A stretch of DNA of 61,657 nt, filler included, from Pirum gemmata (taxonomy: Eukaryota): the NCBI GenBank assembly GCA_002812295.1. It is 13 parts of 13 records of this genome, joined end to end, with 100 filler letters (N's around TTAATTAATTAA, not from the genome) between each part and the next. Parts side by side here need not be neighbours in the genome. Positions count along the whole stretch, not along the records: positions 47,879 to 53,115 come from PDIN01001409.1; positions 53,216 to 57,409 come from PDIN01001410.1; positions 57,510 to 61,657 come from PDIN01001412.1; 10 more parts are not named here. One strand, written 5' to 3'. The notes beneath the pieces were generated by a model that did not search any database, had not been told where the DNA came from, and saw only the letters and a list, made by a program, of their open reading frames with translations. A program made the position numbers and the translations under genes. Below, piece after piece: positions 50,701 to 61,657 of the stretch. Each line of letters opens with the position of its first letter. Positions within the stretch are counted from its first letter, which is position 1.

Positions 50701-51423
50701 CTATCTACTAGCTAGCTTTCAATCTTTAATTTGGTATTTTTTAAGTTTATAATTGATGTTGTTTATAAAATGAAATATTATATAAAACTTACCAAATTAA
50801 TTAAAACATGCCCGATAGTTTAACCATAATAATAATTTGGTATGTTTTATTTCAGTTTTTGAACTAGAGAGAGAGAGTCTATGATTTCCTAGCTAGTCTA
50901 GTAGACTAGCTAGCTAGGCGCCATCTCAAAAAAAAAAAAAAAAAAAAAACTAGTCTAGACCCTCTCGTAGTCTAATAATAATAATAAAAAGACAGAATTT
51001 GAAAAGTATGACGTCATTAATCAGGAAAATAGTTAGTTAGGTCTGTTAGGGTTTTTGAAAAAGGAGTACCGTGTTAGTAGTTGGTGTTAGGGTTAGGGTT
51101 AGTAGGGTTAGTCTATGATTAGTCTAGGGTTAGGGTTAGGGTCAGGGTTAGGGTTAGGGTCAGGGGTTAGGGTCAGGGTTAGGGTTAGGGTTAGGGTAAC
51201 AGTCATAATATTTTTAATATATAGTGCTTTTCAGTTATTTTGTCGTCATAAAAATTTAATATACAATAAATAGTACCATATTAATACAATATAAATCCAC
51301 TTAGTTTAATTAGGTATATTTTATTATTTATTTATTGATTTAAAAATGTCAATTTAAAGATTATAACCCTCCAAATAAATATTCCGAGTGAAAAAATAAA
51401 TGAAAAGCACGATAACAACAATA

Positions 51424-52911
51424 ATATAGCAGCTGCAGGTACATAACAACTAACAATAATACTAACTGCTACCAAAACAAAACCAACAATAAGTAACTGT
51501 AATTTTTTCAAAGAAAACAAATTTGAATACTTTTTTTTAAATTAATTAATTGAACAACAAGAACATGTAATATAACATCCATATCAATGGCAGCAACAAT
51601 GTTAAAATTAACAAAATTTATTAGACTGCCAATACTTCAAGAAAACAACAAACAAAATAAAAAACAGTATATGTTTATAAACAATTATAATAGAAAGTAA
51701 CTAAAACTATATATAACAGCAAATTTAACACTAAACAAACAAACAACAAACAACAAACAAAAAACAAACAAACAAACAAACAAACAAACAAACAAACAAA
51801 CAAACAAACAAACAAACAAACAAACAAACAACAAACAACAAGCAAACAACAGCAACAGCAACGAACACGCAAGAGCAACAAACAACAAACAACAAACAAC
51901 AAACAACAAATAACAAACAACAAACAACAAACAACAATTCTCATGATTGACTGCAAAAACGAAGTTTCGAATATTAAAATTCGATACTGAAAGCTGCATA
52001 ATAAAGTATAATATTGTGCTTTTCATTTATTTTGTCACTCCGAATATTTATTTGGTTGGTTATAATATTTAAGCTGACATCTTTAAATGAATAAATANAT
52101 TATTACTTATTATTATTATTATTATTATTTATCATTATCATTATTATATTATATAATAATACCTGTAGTACTGCCAGGATATGAGTAGGAAAGACGGGTG
52201 AACTAGAAAAAAAAATTGTATACAACGCCATAATAAATTTGACTGGCAAAAATGTAAAACAATACAAAAGCCCATCTAGAAACGAAAGAACTCCCATCCA
52301 AATAAATAATTCCATTTTTATAGGTGCACGAATAACTTGGAGCAATTTCCAAGGAGGTTCCATGTATAGAACCTAGCATCATTGTTGAGCAACTATGTTA
52401 GCCAGGTATTTTTACTAACCCTAACCCTAACCCTAACCCTACCCCTAACCCTAACCCTAACCCTAACCCTGTATTATGCCTATTTATTATTATTATCATT
52501 ATTTAAACTTTTATCTACATGCTTTATATAGAAAGCAGTGTAGGAAGGTAAAACTGAAATTAAAGAATATCTATTATTGTATTATTACAAATATTATTTT
52601 GTATATATTATGATGTTATTGATAAAGTTAAAAAATTAATAACTAACAATAAAGTTAAAAATTACAAGACGGTGATAAAGACAAATTTCATCAGGTAAGT
52701 GAATTAAATGCTGTTGACGATTGACACTTTATTATAAGGACTAATTATATTTTGAAAATTAAAAATAATAAATAATGTTATCATCGTAACTAAATTAATC
52801 TTTATATACCTGAGGTAACTCTTCACTCCATTCCCAACTTAGCTTGGGATTAGCGTTATCTAAAATTGAGAAACTATCTTTTTTTTTTATATTGCCTGTA
52901 GCTGGTGACAT
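51424..52911 (-). CDS. TAPT1: TAPT1/EMP65-family membrane protein, 5' part: exons 52911-52810, 52372-52163, 51496-~51424; remainder not found
   Basis: APIKMELFIWMGVLSFLDGLLYCFTFLPVKFIMAL matches recalled TAPT1 PRELEKLMVFGIFLCLDAFLYVFTLLPLRVFLAL. Phase-0 GT-AG introns; GCTAAC branch-site candidate before the 52372 acceptor. Confidence 0.8.
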
Positions 52912-53277
52912 TATTTACTTATTTTGTTGTTTTGTTGTTTTTGTTGTTTTTAAAAAGGATGTTGTGTATTAAGGCTGTTGTTGTAAATTTTGTTGTTGTA
53001 AATTTTGTTGAGGTATAGTAGTTGAAATTTATTGTCATTATTAATAATAATAATAATAATAATAATATTGTTATTATTTACTATTGGTATTATTATTATT
53101 ATTATTTATTATTAGNNNNNNNNNNNNNNNNNNNNNNNNNNNNNNNNNNNNNNNNNNNNTTAATTAATTAANNNNNNNNNNNNNNNNNNNNNNNNNNNNN
53201 NNNNNNNNNNNNNNNTAATAATAAAAGTAAATAAATAAGTAAATAAATAAATCATTTAATTTTATTATTAATTAAAT

Positions 53278-55960
53278 ATGTCTTCTACAAGTTTACTGCT
53301 TTCTGCTACAAAAAATGTACCAAGCCAAACCTTACTTAAAAGCTTTAATCAGTTAAAATGCTTGTCTCGAAAATATTTCAAAGCTGTGTTGAGAAACATA
53401 TTTGAGTTCTTCTCTCTCGGTGATGTAAGTTGTTACTATACTAAACCGTCTGTATATTATGTTAATTTAATATTGTATTGGTCACTATTCTTTTTATTTT
53501 ATTAGTCAAATTCAACAAATAAATTGTAAATATTAATAATGTTAATAGTATTAATTATGATGATGATTATGATGGTTGAGTGGCTGGTTGGTTAGGTGGT
53601 TGGTCGACTGGTTGGTTGGTTGGCTAAAAAGATTAAATTAAGATAAAGGCATGAAAATAGGGAATATGAATTGAAAAAGGGTATAATAAGTATAAAAACT
53701 AAAGACCTTCAAAATTGTTTAATGTAGAAAGACACATTCAACGAAAATTTGAAATTGATCATTTCAGACTCAAGTGGTGAAATTGAGTCTGACGCGCTCG
53801 AAAAACTTTGCTCTGGAGTTATGTCTTATTTCATGGCAGCGTTTAAGCACTTCTTGGTAACTTCCGAAATAGAGTCTGACTTAAAACGACTAGGTATGTC
53901 CTATGAATCATTTCATATTTTTGCCTTGTGTATTTTTTTTATTGCCTGTTTTTATATAATGCTGTTATTACGGTTGTCGAAATCGTTGGTTCAGTTTGTT
54001 TATGAATATGATTATGGATATGTATGATAATTACTTCTATCACACATATAACCGAGTCCTTATGGCCATTGGTATGTACTCTTATGCTTTTATGGTTACG
54101 GTTATGGGAATATTTCCATCTTCATGTTGGTTTTGTTATTGTCTAGTAGCTGTTTTCGTTTCGTTTGTTAAAATACTCGATTTTTTTTTTTTTGTTGGCT
54201 TTATTATTCGGAATTTACCACCACTTTCTAACATCATTGTAACATTTTTTTACATAGGACTGAAAGATGATCAAATTAAGGATATCAGTGTCTTTGTGAG
54301 TTTATTATTAATTAGTGTTGAAGAAAAATGTTTTATATTGTTCCTTGTATCATTGCTGTGTTGTCTATTTTGCAATTTCTTTTTTAGTATTAGCATTATC
54401 ATTGTAGTTACAATCAACAAGTTTTATTTTTATTTATAATTGCACTTGATTCATTTGTTTTGGTTAGTATTCTGTTATAAATAGAGTTGTTGTTACTTAA
54501 TACATTCTGAATCATTGGAAATTCGATTGATATCTTCATTCTTTTTTAATATTTTTAATATTTTTATTCTTCCTCATTTTTTTTGAAACAATACAGCTAG
54601 AGAGTGATCAATTGAAATTAAAAAGTTGCACACAAATTTCCAATTTAGATGTTAACAAATTGGTTGATTTGGATTGGAAATTTGGGAGTAAGTATATTTA
54701 TTGCTTATTTTCTTTTCTAAGAGTTTTTATGATTTTCATTATTCCTGTTATTGCTGTTGCTTTTACGGCAATTGTTGTGTCTGTTGTTTTTATTACTGAT
54801 TCTGTTACTAATATTGTTACCAATGTGGGTTACTGGTGTGGTTACTGATTATGGTTACTGGTTATGGTTACTGGCATTGTGGTTGCTAGTGTGGTTACTG
54901 GTTTGGTACTGTGTGTCGTTACCGGGGTTTACTACGTGGTGGTGGTGGTTATGTTGTTATTATGTTGTTATGTTGTTGTTATGTTGTTATGTTGTTGTTA
55001 TGTTGTTGTTATGTTGTTGTTATGTTGTTGTTATGTTGTTGTTATGTTGTTGTTGTGTTGTTGTTATGTTGTTGTTATGTTGTTGTTATGTTGTTGTTAT
55101 GTTGTTGTTATTGTTATGTTATTGCTATGTTATTGTTATGTTATTGTTTTGTTATTGTTCTTGTTCTTGTTCTTGTTCTTGTTCTTGTTCTTGTTCTTGT
55201 TCTTGTTCTTGTTCTTGTTGTTAATCAATGTATTTATAATTTTATTATTTTATTGTTATTATTACTGTTCTTATTATTGATAATTTTGTTTCTGTTAGTT
55301 CCGAAAGACTTTCTTTTTAAAAATTTCATCTTTTTATGTAAGTTATTCTACTTAACTTCTTGAACTAAATTTAAAACCCCAATCCTCCATTTCTACATAT
55401 TGATAATAATCTCGTGAATTTTTAGTTTTAAATTTCATTTTTGTTCATTTTTATTCTTGTTTTTCTTATTTTTAACTTTCAAGTTACAACTGGAACAAGC
55501 GAAAAGCGTACTTCAGACCAAACATTTATTCAACTCAAGTTGCGAATAGACAGAGGCAATAATAGAATTGAACCAGAACATTTTGGTAAATCTGATTTTT
55601 TACATACTTTAATAAAAGATACTTCATTGCTTCCTTTTTTTGTTTTAGTTTTTTTGTTACATTACACTATTAATCTTTCGTTTTTCATAATTATTTCTTA
55701 AACAAAACCAAAAAAAAATGTGTTAAAATGGAAAAGTATACAATATTCAATATTCAATGAAGATCATATTTTTATCCAGCAAGTTTTACTAACCTTTAAT
55801 ATTTTTAGAATCATCTCTTACGATAATTTTATTCTTTCTTTTATGGTTATCCAATAAGTTTTACTAACTTTTCATATTTATAGAATTAACTCTACGACAA
55901 TTTTATTCTTTCCTGCATGAAATGGAGAGGGTGCAGTCTACTTTACAAAGTCATTATTGA
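53278..55960 (+). CDS. COMMD7: COMM domain-containing protein 7; exons 53278-53424, 53728-53893, 54258-54295, 54597-54687, 55484-55585, 55884-55960
   Basis: Phase-compatible GT-AG introns; product includes NKLVDLDWKFGITTGTSE...FIQLKLRIDRG...ELTLRQFYSFLHEMERV, close to the recalled COMMD7 COMM domain (WKFGVT; ELTLPQFYSFLHEMERV). TACTAAC precedes the last acceptor. Confidence 0.93.
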
Positions 55961-56638
55961 GCACAGCAGAAACGGATCAATACATAATTTAGCGGTGTTT
56001 CCAGGTTGATCCAGTAGAAACGGTCAATACATGATTTATCAGTGTTTCCAATTCGATGACAAAAGTACCCATCAAATATCCGATATAACTTAATTATTCG
56101 ACAATAACTTTTTACCGATGTTGGCCAACTTAGCTCGCTATTGACGACATTGACAGGGTATTATTTTCGAACTCACTAGTGATTTCAATCTTTTTATCCA
56201 AGGACCAAAGGAAAGGAAGGAGGACACCAGGTAGTAATGAATGGAAATATATAGAAACCCGATCATTTTTTTACTATACGGCATCCATTTCCAAATTAAA
56301 TTTCGTTCTTGTATTTTTACTCTCCCCCCCTCCCACCATCCACTTATAGACTATGCAGCAAAAGGAGAAAACGGGTATGTAACACATTTGTGATATACTT
56401 AGTAATTCTTTAGTGATCAGCCAGGAAATAATAATAATAGTAAGCAATCTAAAATTTGAAAATATACAGTGAGGCAGGGTAGAAATTACAAACTAAATGG
56501 TAGAAATTACAAACTAAATTAACCGCTTTGGTACTTCCTACGTAAATTAGACGTGGTATTTAATAACCAAACAAAAAGAAGAAGACTGTATTTGCTTACA
56601 ACCTTAACATACTATTGCCCGGTGCCCGATGAATGGTA

Positions 56639-57199
56639 CTATTCACTGCTGGACATGCAAGATTCTACACATTTCTGTGCTGCCCTTCTTCCATATGGAA
56701 TAAAACTAAGCATATACCATAGCATTGCTAACATTTCTATGATAACAAACACTAGTACTATGACTGGGATTTTCCACTGTAAAAACGAATATATATATAT
56801 AAGAAAAAGAGGAAAGATTTTTTTAAAAAAAGTTGTCATTATATTGTACCCATGCCACAGTTGTACTTAATTAATATTGTACATTGTGCTGTTTAATAAT
56901 GTATTATAATCTATAGAGCATACGGCTAGATACTTAAATTAGATAGGAATAGGATATTACAATGCCATAAACTGAAAAGGTATGGTAGTGTACTACATAT
57001 TGTATGTAAACAAAGCAAAAGAAAACTTTGCAAATACACAAGTTCGCAAATTAATTTATATGATGAAGGAGTAGATTATTGTAAATGACGCATTCAATAA
57101 TTATAAATGTAAAATTAAAAATTACCCAAAATGCAGCCATGAGCGTTAAAGCTATTGAGCAAATAGCAATGGTAGCTGCGATCCATCTTGTTTCGCTGA
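56639..57199 (-). CDS. SFT2: SFT2/Got1-family vesicle transport protein, last two exons (57199-57126, 56776-56639); 5' part beyond contig end
   Basis: Spliced SETRWIAATIAICSIALTLMAAFW|WKIPVIVLVFVIIEMLAMLWYMLSFIPYGRRAAQKC matches SFT2D motifs (TRLIAT; ALTLCSAFWW; WYSLSFIP). Confidence 0.9.
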
Positions 57200-57737
57200 C
57201 TATTGAATAGAATTACAATTTATCATTAATATGTGAAGTGAAAAAAAAGCATTAACAAAAGTTTTTTGTATTATCAAATTATATATATCTGAGGGTTTAA
57301 AAAAAAATCGGAAACAATAAGAATGCGTGCGTGTGTGCGTGCGTGTGCGTGTGAGTGTTTTATTTGTGTGTTTGTGTGTTTGTGTGTTTGTGTGTGTGTG
57401 TGTGTGTGTNNNNNNNNNNNNNNNNNNNNNNNNNNNNNNNNNNNNNNNNNNNNTTAATTAATTAANNNNNNNNNNNNNNNNNNNNNNNNNNNNNNNNNNN
57501 NNNNNNNNNAACCCTAACCCTAACCCTAACCCTAATCCTAACCCTAATCCTAACGCTAGCGCCTATGCACTCCCTATGAAATTCCTATGCTATAACGCTA
57601 TTTTATTTGTTTCAGCAATTTGAAATTCTTATTTTGATTTTTATTTTATAAAACCAACTTTATAAAGTAGGGGTGAGATATCTACTGTAACTTTTTTCGA
57701 ACAGATGCTTATCGAGCCAACCTTAGTTCCGCGTTCC

Positions 57738-60700
57738 TTACTAATAATAGCAGTTAAATAGCTTTAAATAGTAAATCTTATTATAGTAGATACCAAATAA
57801 AGTAATAATATTAACATTAATAGTAATAAAAACCATAAAATTCGGAAAAGTTCCGGCAGCTGTTTGGTAATAATAAAATGACGTCATCTCACCCCTACTC
57901 TTTGTAACTAATTTAGTCGGTCAAATTATATGAAAGCTTTTTTTAAAATACTAAGGGAAAATTTTTTTTCATAATAAAAGACGTATTCATCACTTATTCT
58001 TTGATAAAAGGCATTGTTTGAAAGTGTGACTTAAACTGTTGTTGGCAGTAATTAATTATTAAAATCAACTTTAAAATCATGACCAAAAGTGTTTTGGACA
58101 AAGAGGCATAGGTAAGATTAGGTGGTCCTTTATGGACGATTCCTAAGTGTAGAACTACAATAATATTATTTTTATCGTGCTTTTCATTTTTTTTGTCGTC
58201 ATAAAGTATACAATAAATGATACCAAATTGAAACAATATAAATCCATTTTATTTAATTAGGTATATTTTATTATATATTTATTTATTTAAAAGTATCAAT
58301 TAAAATATTATAAACTACCAAATAAATATTCGGAGTGAAAAAAAAATGAAAAGCACAATATGCCTGAGGTTAGAAATAATATATATTATTATGACGTCAT
58401 CCGTGCTAGCTTTAATGCAGTTTTAATGCCTATAGAGAAATATTCAATCTTAATTTTTTAAAAGCTTTAAATTTGCATAAGTACTAAATCATTATAATGT
58501 ATCGATTTCAAGTAATAAATCCAATGCTATTTTTATTTGCAATAAAAAACACCAATTTACTTCTTTTTGAAAAATAAATAAATAAATATGCATTAATACT
58601 AAGCCTTACAATTGTAATGAACCATATTATGAAAAGTTGTCTTTTCCATCTAAAAGAATGTGGTTTTAATTACAAACTTACAAACTTACAAACTTAAAAA
58701 CTTACAAACTTCATGAAGATACTTTACAACATTGTGAACATTTGGCCTCTACAACTTCATTTTACAACATTATAATATAATGGTTTTAATAACAATAACA
58801 ATAACAATAACAATAACAATAACAATAACAATAACAATAACAATAACAATAACAACAACAATAACACTAACAATAACAATAACAATAACACTAACACTAA
58901 CACTAATCACCAATATTGTAAACAGTATTTGTTTAGTAGTCTCTTATTATGTTTTGTATACTAGACTATCGTTCTTTTCATTTATTATGACAAAATAACT
59001 GAAAAGTATTAATACTAGTTCTATACATTTTGTTTTATTTCGTTGTCCAGTTCAAAAACTGAATTATGATAGGAGGGATGAAATGACGTCATAATACTAA
59101 TACCAACCTAGGGTACGGCAAAAATTGAAAATTTGACTTAAATTACTATAAACCGTTAACTTATAACTATTAATAGTAACATTTAATATAGTAAACTACT
59201 ATTTTTATATAGTTAAATACTATTTTAAGGATATAAATATCTATTTTAAGTAATAATTTTTTGCCATCTCAATTCCTTTTGTAACCTATCTCCAAATTTC
59301 TGCCAAAGGGGATGTCATCCCTCCTATTATGATCAAACATAGTTTCAAACATGTTTTTGTGCTTTTCAGTTATTTTGTCGTCATAAAATAAAAAATAAAT
59401 AGTACCAAATTATTATAATATAAATCCATTTTATTTAATTTGATACATTTTATTATATATTTTATATATTTAAAAAGTATCAATTTTAATATTATAAATA
59501 ACCAAATAAATATTCGGATTGACAAAGATGACGTCATTTTACTAATTGAAGGCTCTGGTACCAAAAGTTCGCCAAAATGAAATTTTTGTGATTAAAATAA
59601 CTTTAAATAGTATAATAGCTTCTATTAATAGAAGCTTCTAAAAAGAGTAGCTACTATTTATAGTTATATAAATACTATTTATGGTAACTGCGAAGTGGCG
59701 AATAGCCTTCCACTNNNNNNNNNNNNNNNNNNNNNNNNNNNNNNNNNNNNNNNNNNNNNNNNNNNNNNNNNNNNNNNNNTTTCCGGTCAAGTACAGCTTC
59801 AAATACCCCTACCTACCTACCCCTTGACGTTAATTTCCGGTCAAATACCACCTACCTACCTACCCCTTGACGTGACGTATTATTTGAATGTAGTTAGACC
59901 TAGTTAGACCTATTGATTGGTCGATTTTTTTAGCACACCATTACCACAGGGAGATACAGGAAAACATAATCGAATCAAACAGCTCGATATTAATTATTTT
60001 TTAAAAAAAAATAATAACACTTATTATTAGATCGAAAAATTTCGAAAGTTTCGAACTATTCTTGATTCGATAGTTTTTTCAAGAGTCTAGCTAGAATCTA
60101 AGATAACAATTAAAAAACGTTTAAATTTTGGGTTTCACCTGAATTTTCAGTTTTCGACCATAAGTAATTTAATAAGTTCGAACATTTCAAACATGTAAAA
60201 AAAAAAGGTGAGAAAAAAAAACTGTAAACTAATTAAAAATAATACATATATAGAAATCCTCTTCGCCAGAAAATATAGCACACCAATAAAAAATACTGTA
60301 GGCAAAAATAACAATATGATAAATATATAAATAAAGACATGTAATCTAACGTTAACCTCAATGAGGACTTCCAACATCCATTATCATTTTATGATTATCA
60401 TATCATGATCATGATCATTATCATTATCATTATCATTATCATTAACATTGACATTAACATTAACATTAACGTTATCATTATCATTATTAATATCATACAT
60501 AATAATTATCATTATCATTATTAATTAATTAACAGTATTATTTGCATTATCATTATCATTATCATTATCATTATTTTATTAACATTATCATTAACATTGA
60601 TTGTAACATTAACATTAATATTAACATTATCATTAATATTATCATTATCATTATCATTATCATTAACAGTATTGTTAACATTATCATTATCATTATCATT

Positions 60701-61303
60701 ATCATTAATTAAATTTTTTAACATTTTCATTATCATTATCATTACCATTATAATTATCGTTCAATTGTACTACATATCTACATTAGTATATTAATATATA
60801 GTCTAGTGCTTTTCAGTTAGTTGTTTTGTCAATACAAAATATACAATAAATACAATATAAATCCATCTATTTATTGATTTAAAAATATCAATTTAAATAT
60901 TATAACCATCCAAATAAATATTCAGAGTGATAAAATAAATGAAAAGCACGATATTATTAGATAGTATTAGACTATATCCTAAGGAACATCGCCCTTGTTA
61001 TAAATAACAACTAGTATCATATAATAAATAATAATAATAATAATTCTATTGATAAACTAGATAAATTATAAATAATAATAATTATTAGCTTTTTTAATTA
61101 TTATGAGTCTTATGAGTGGATTTTCACAATCCAAGTAAGTTCTTTACTAATAATAGCAGTTAAATAGCTTAAAATAGTAAATCTAATTATAGTAGATACC
61201 AATTACAGTAATAATATTAACATTAATAGTAATAAAATCATAAAATCAGAAAAGTTCCGGCAGCTGTTCGGTAATAATGAAATGACGTCATCTCACCCCT
61301 ACT
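57738..61303 (+). repeat. Pair of ~160-bp direct repeats (57738-57899 and 61145-61303)
   Basis: Both read TTACTAATAATAGCAGTTAAATAGCT...AAAAGTTCCGGCAGCTGTTyGGTAATAATrAAATGACGTCATCTCACCCCTACT. Confidence 0.9.
59069..59327. mobile_element. MITE-like element with 13-bp TIR ATAGGAGGGATGA ... TCATCCCTCCTAT
   Basis: Perfect 13-bp inverted termini with TATG on both flanks; follows the start of the TTGTCCAGTTCAAAAACTGAA repeat family, suggesting a nested insertion. Confidence 0.7.
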
Positions 61304-61585
61304 AGTTTTATTGGGATTCCAAAATTTAATGTTGATAATATTATTACATAATAAAACAACTAAAACTTTTAAAGGCAAATATCAATGGTAGCTAATAAAA
61401 TTGATCAAGAATGCTTACATTGTAAGAAAGGTTACCATCTTTTATAAATAAATTAGGATTGGTTAGATTTTAAGGTTCCGGTTTAGTTTTTAAAAGGTTT
61501 AGGTTAACGTTTAGGGTTAGACTTCTATGCATAGGCTTAGGCTTAGGAGCTGCTTAAAAACAGTTTAAAAACTTAGGCTTAGGCT

Positions 61586-61657
61586 TATATTACGCTTATA
61601 TTACGCTTATGTTACGCTTATGTTACGCTTATGTTACGCTTATGTTACGCTTATGTT
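61586..61657 (+). repeat. 11-bp minisatellite (TTATGTTACGC)n preceded by TTAGGC units
   Basis: Directly visible; runs to the window end. Confidence 0.9.

Larger units (their letters stand above)
40393..50865. repeat. Dispersed repeat family (TTGTCCAGTTCAAAAACTGAAATAAA...TTGGTATTTTATACTTAA...GTTCAATTATA...AAATTAAAGATTG)
   Basis: Copies at about 40393-40545 (-), 42727-42880 (+), 43127-43250 (+), 50717-50865 (-), plus a fragment at 59043-59063. Confidence 0.82.
4203..57509. other. Twelve artificial 100-bp contig spacers (N44-TTAATTAATTAA-N44) at 4203-4302, 8535-8634, 12804-12903, 18214-18313, 25652-25751, 29971-30070, 34208-34307, 39177-39276, 43494-43593, 47779-47878, 53116-53215, 57410-57509
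   Basis: Identical structure each time; TTAATTAATTAA gives stops in all six frames. Plain N gaps without the 12-mer (e.g. 16855-16923, 23326-23376, 32826-32980, 42389-42485, 59715-59779) are within-scaffold gaps. Confidence 0.97.
19129..60080. repeat. Dispersed TCGA-rich repeat family (AATGCGGGAAAA..CATCGAATCGA...TTCGATCTAATT...AAATTGTCACTATTTAAT)
   Basis: Copies at about 19129-19280 (+), 37631-37850 (+) and 59955-60080 (-). Confidence 0.8.
3123..60949. mobile_element. MITE family A (~187 bp; TIRs GTGCTTTTCAkTTATTTTGTC ... GACAAAATAAmTGAAAAGCAC), about 14 full or partial copies
   Basis: Cleanest copy 51224-51410. Others at about 3123-3278, 23856-24034, 33710-33850, 42265-42388, 47757-47778, 47879-47975, 48021-48197, 48230-48399, 49430-49616, 52016-52097, 58177-58356, 59359-59525, 60806-60949; ends-only derivative near 58970-59007. 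Both orientations, non-coding. Confidence 0.9.

Noticed and set aside
12944..55960. Apparent copper/redox cluster (p22phox-like, LPMO, multicopper oxidase, COMMD7)
   Set aside because: Each gene is on a different contig separated by artificial spacers; no linkage evidence.
56915..56985. Possible relic SFT2 exon inside the last intron (QFMAL*Y...PYA)
   Set aside because: Similarity is short, needs frameshifts and cannot be distinguished from chance.
4203..57509. Regularly spaced identical TTAATTAATTAA palindrome (CRISPR-like or structural repeat?)
   Set aside because: Always embedded in 44+44 Ns; an artificial six-frame-stop contig joiner.
5121..60794. Dozens of poly-Leu/Val/Cys/Asn-Pro/Leu-Gly ORFs in the track
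   Set aside because: Translations of stop-free microsatellites and telomeric arrays, many inside introns.
57738..61303. Direct repeats as LTRs of a retroelement
   Set aside because: No TG...CA ends, PBS, PPT or pol remnants; interior is other MITEs and microsatellites.
1..61657. tRNA, rRNA, CRISPR or prokaryotic operon features
   Set aside because: None recognisable by eye; sequence is intron-containing eukaryotic DNA.

Overview
Very AT-rich, microsatellite-laden eukaryotic DNA. The window is not one locus: it is 13 short contigs/scaffolds joined by 12 artificial 100-bp spacers (N44-TTAATTAATTAA-N44), so adjacency across spacers means nothing. GT-AG introns, TTAGGG-type repeats and a COMMD7/SLC19/TAPT1/p22phox-like gene set suggest a unikont (possibly holozoan) protist, but that is inference. 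Hand-built gene models: partial SLC19-family transporter (+), two exons of an APC amino-acid permease (-), intronless 732-aa LRR protein with an LRRC58-like tail (+), 6-exon p22phox/NoxD-like membrane protein with an extra hydrophobic C-terminal half (+), intronless secreted AA17-like LPMO fused to a beta/gamma-crystallin domain (-), 4-exon secreted multicopper oxidase (+), partial TAPT1 (-), complete 6-exon COMMD7 (+) and the 3' end of an SFT2-family gene (-). Mobile DNA: a decayed Ty1/copia element, a decayed THAP-HTH-DDE_4 (ISL2EU/Harbinger-group) transposase and several MITE-like families. Most notable: (1) an oomycete-type AA17-like LPMO in a genome that does not look oomycete; (2) an intron that appears to have formed by duplication of a 24-bp AG|GT-containing exon segment with a telomeric array between the copies; (3) decayed 'ghost' copies of exon boundaries inside introns of several genes; (4) intronic telomeric arrays reading CCCTAA on the sense strand in 7 of 8 cases; (5) repeated local fold-back duplications. 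Most short ORFs in the track are microsatellite translations. All homology calls come from recalled motifs, not database searches.
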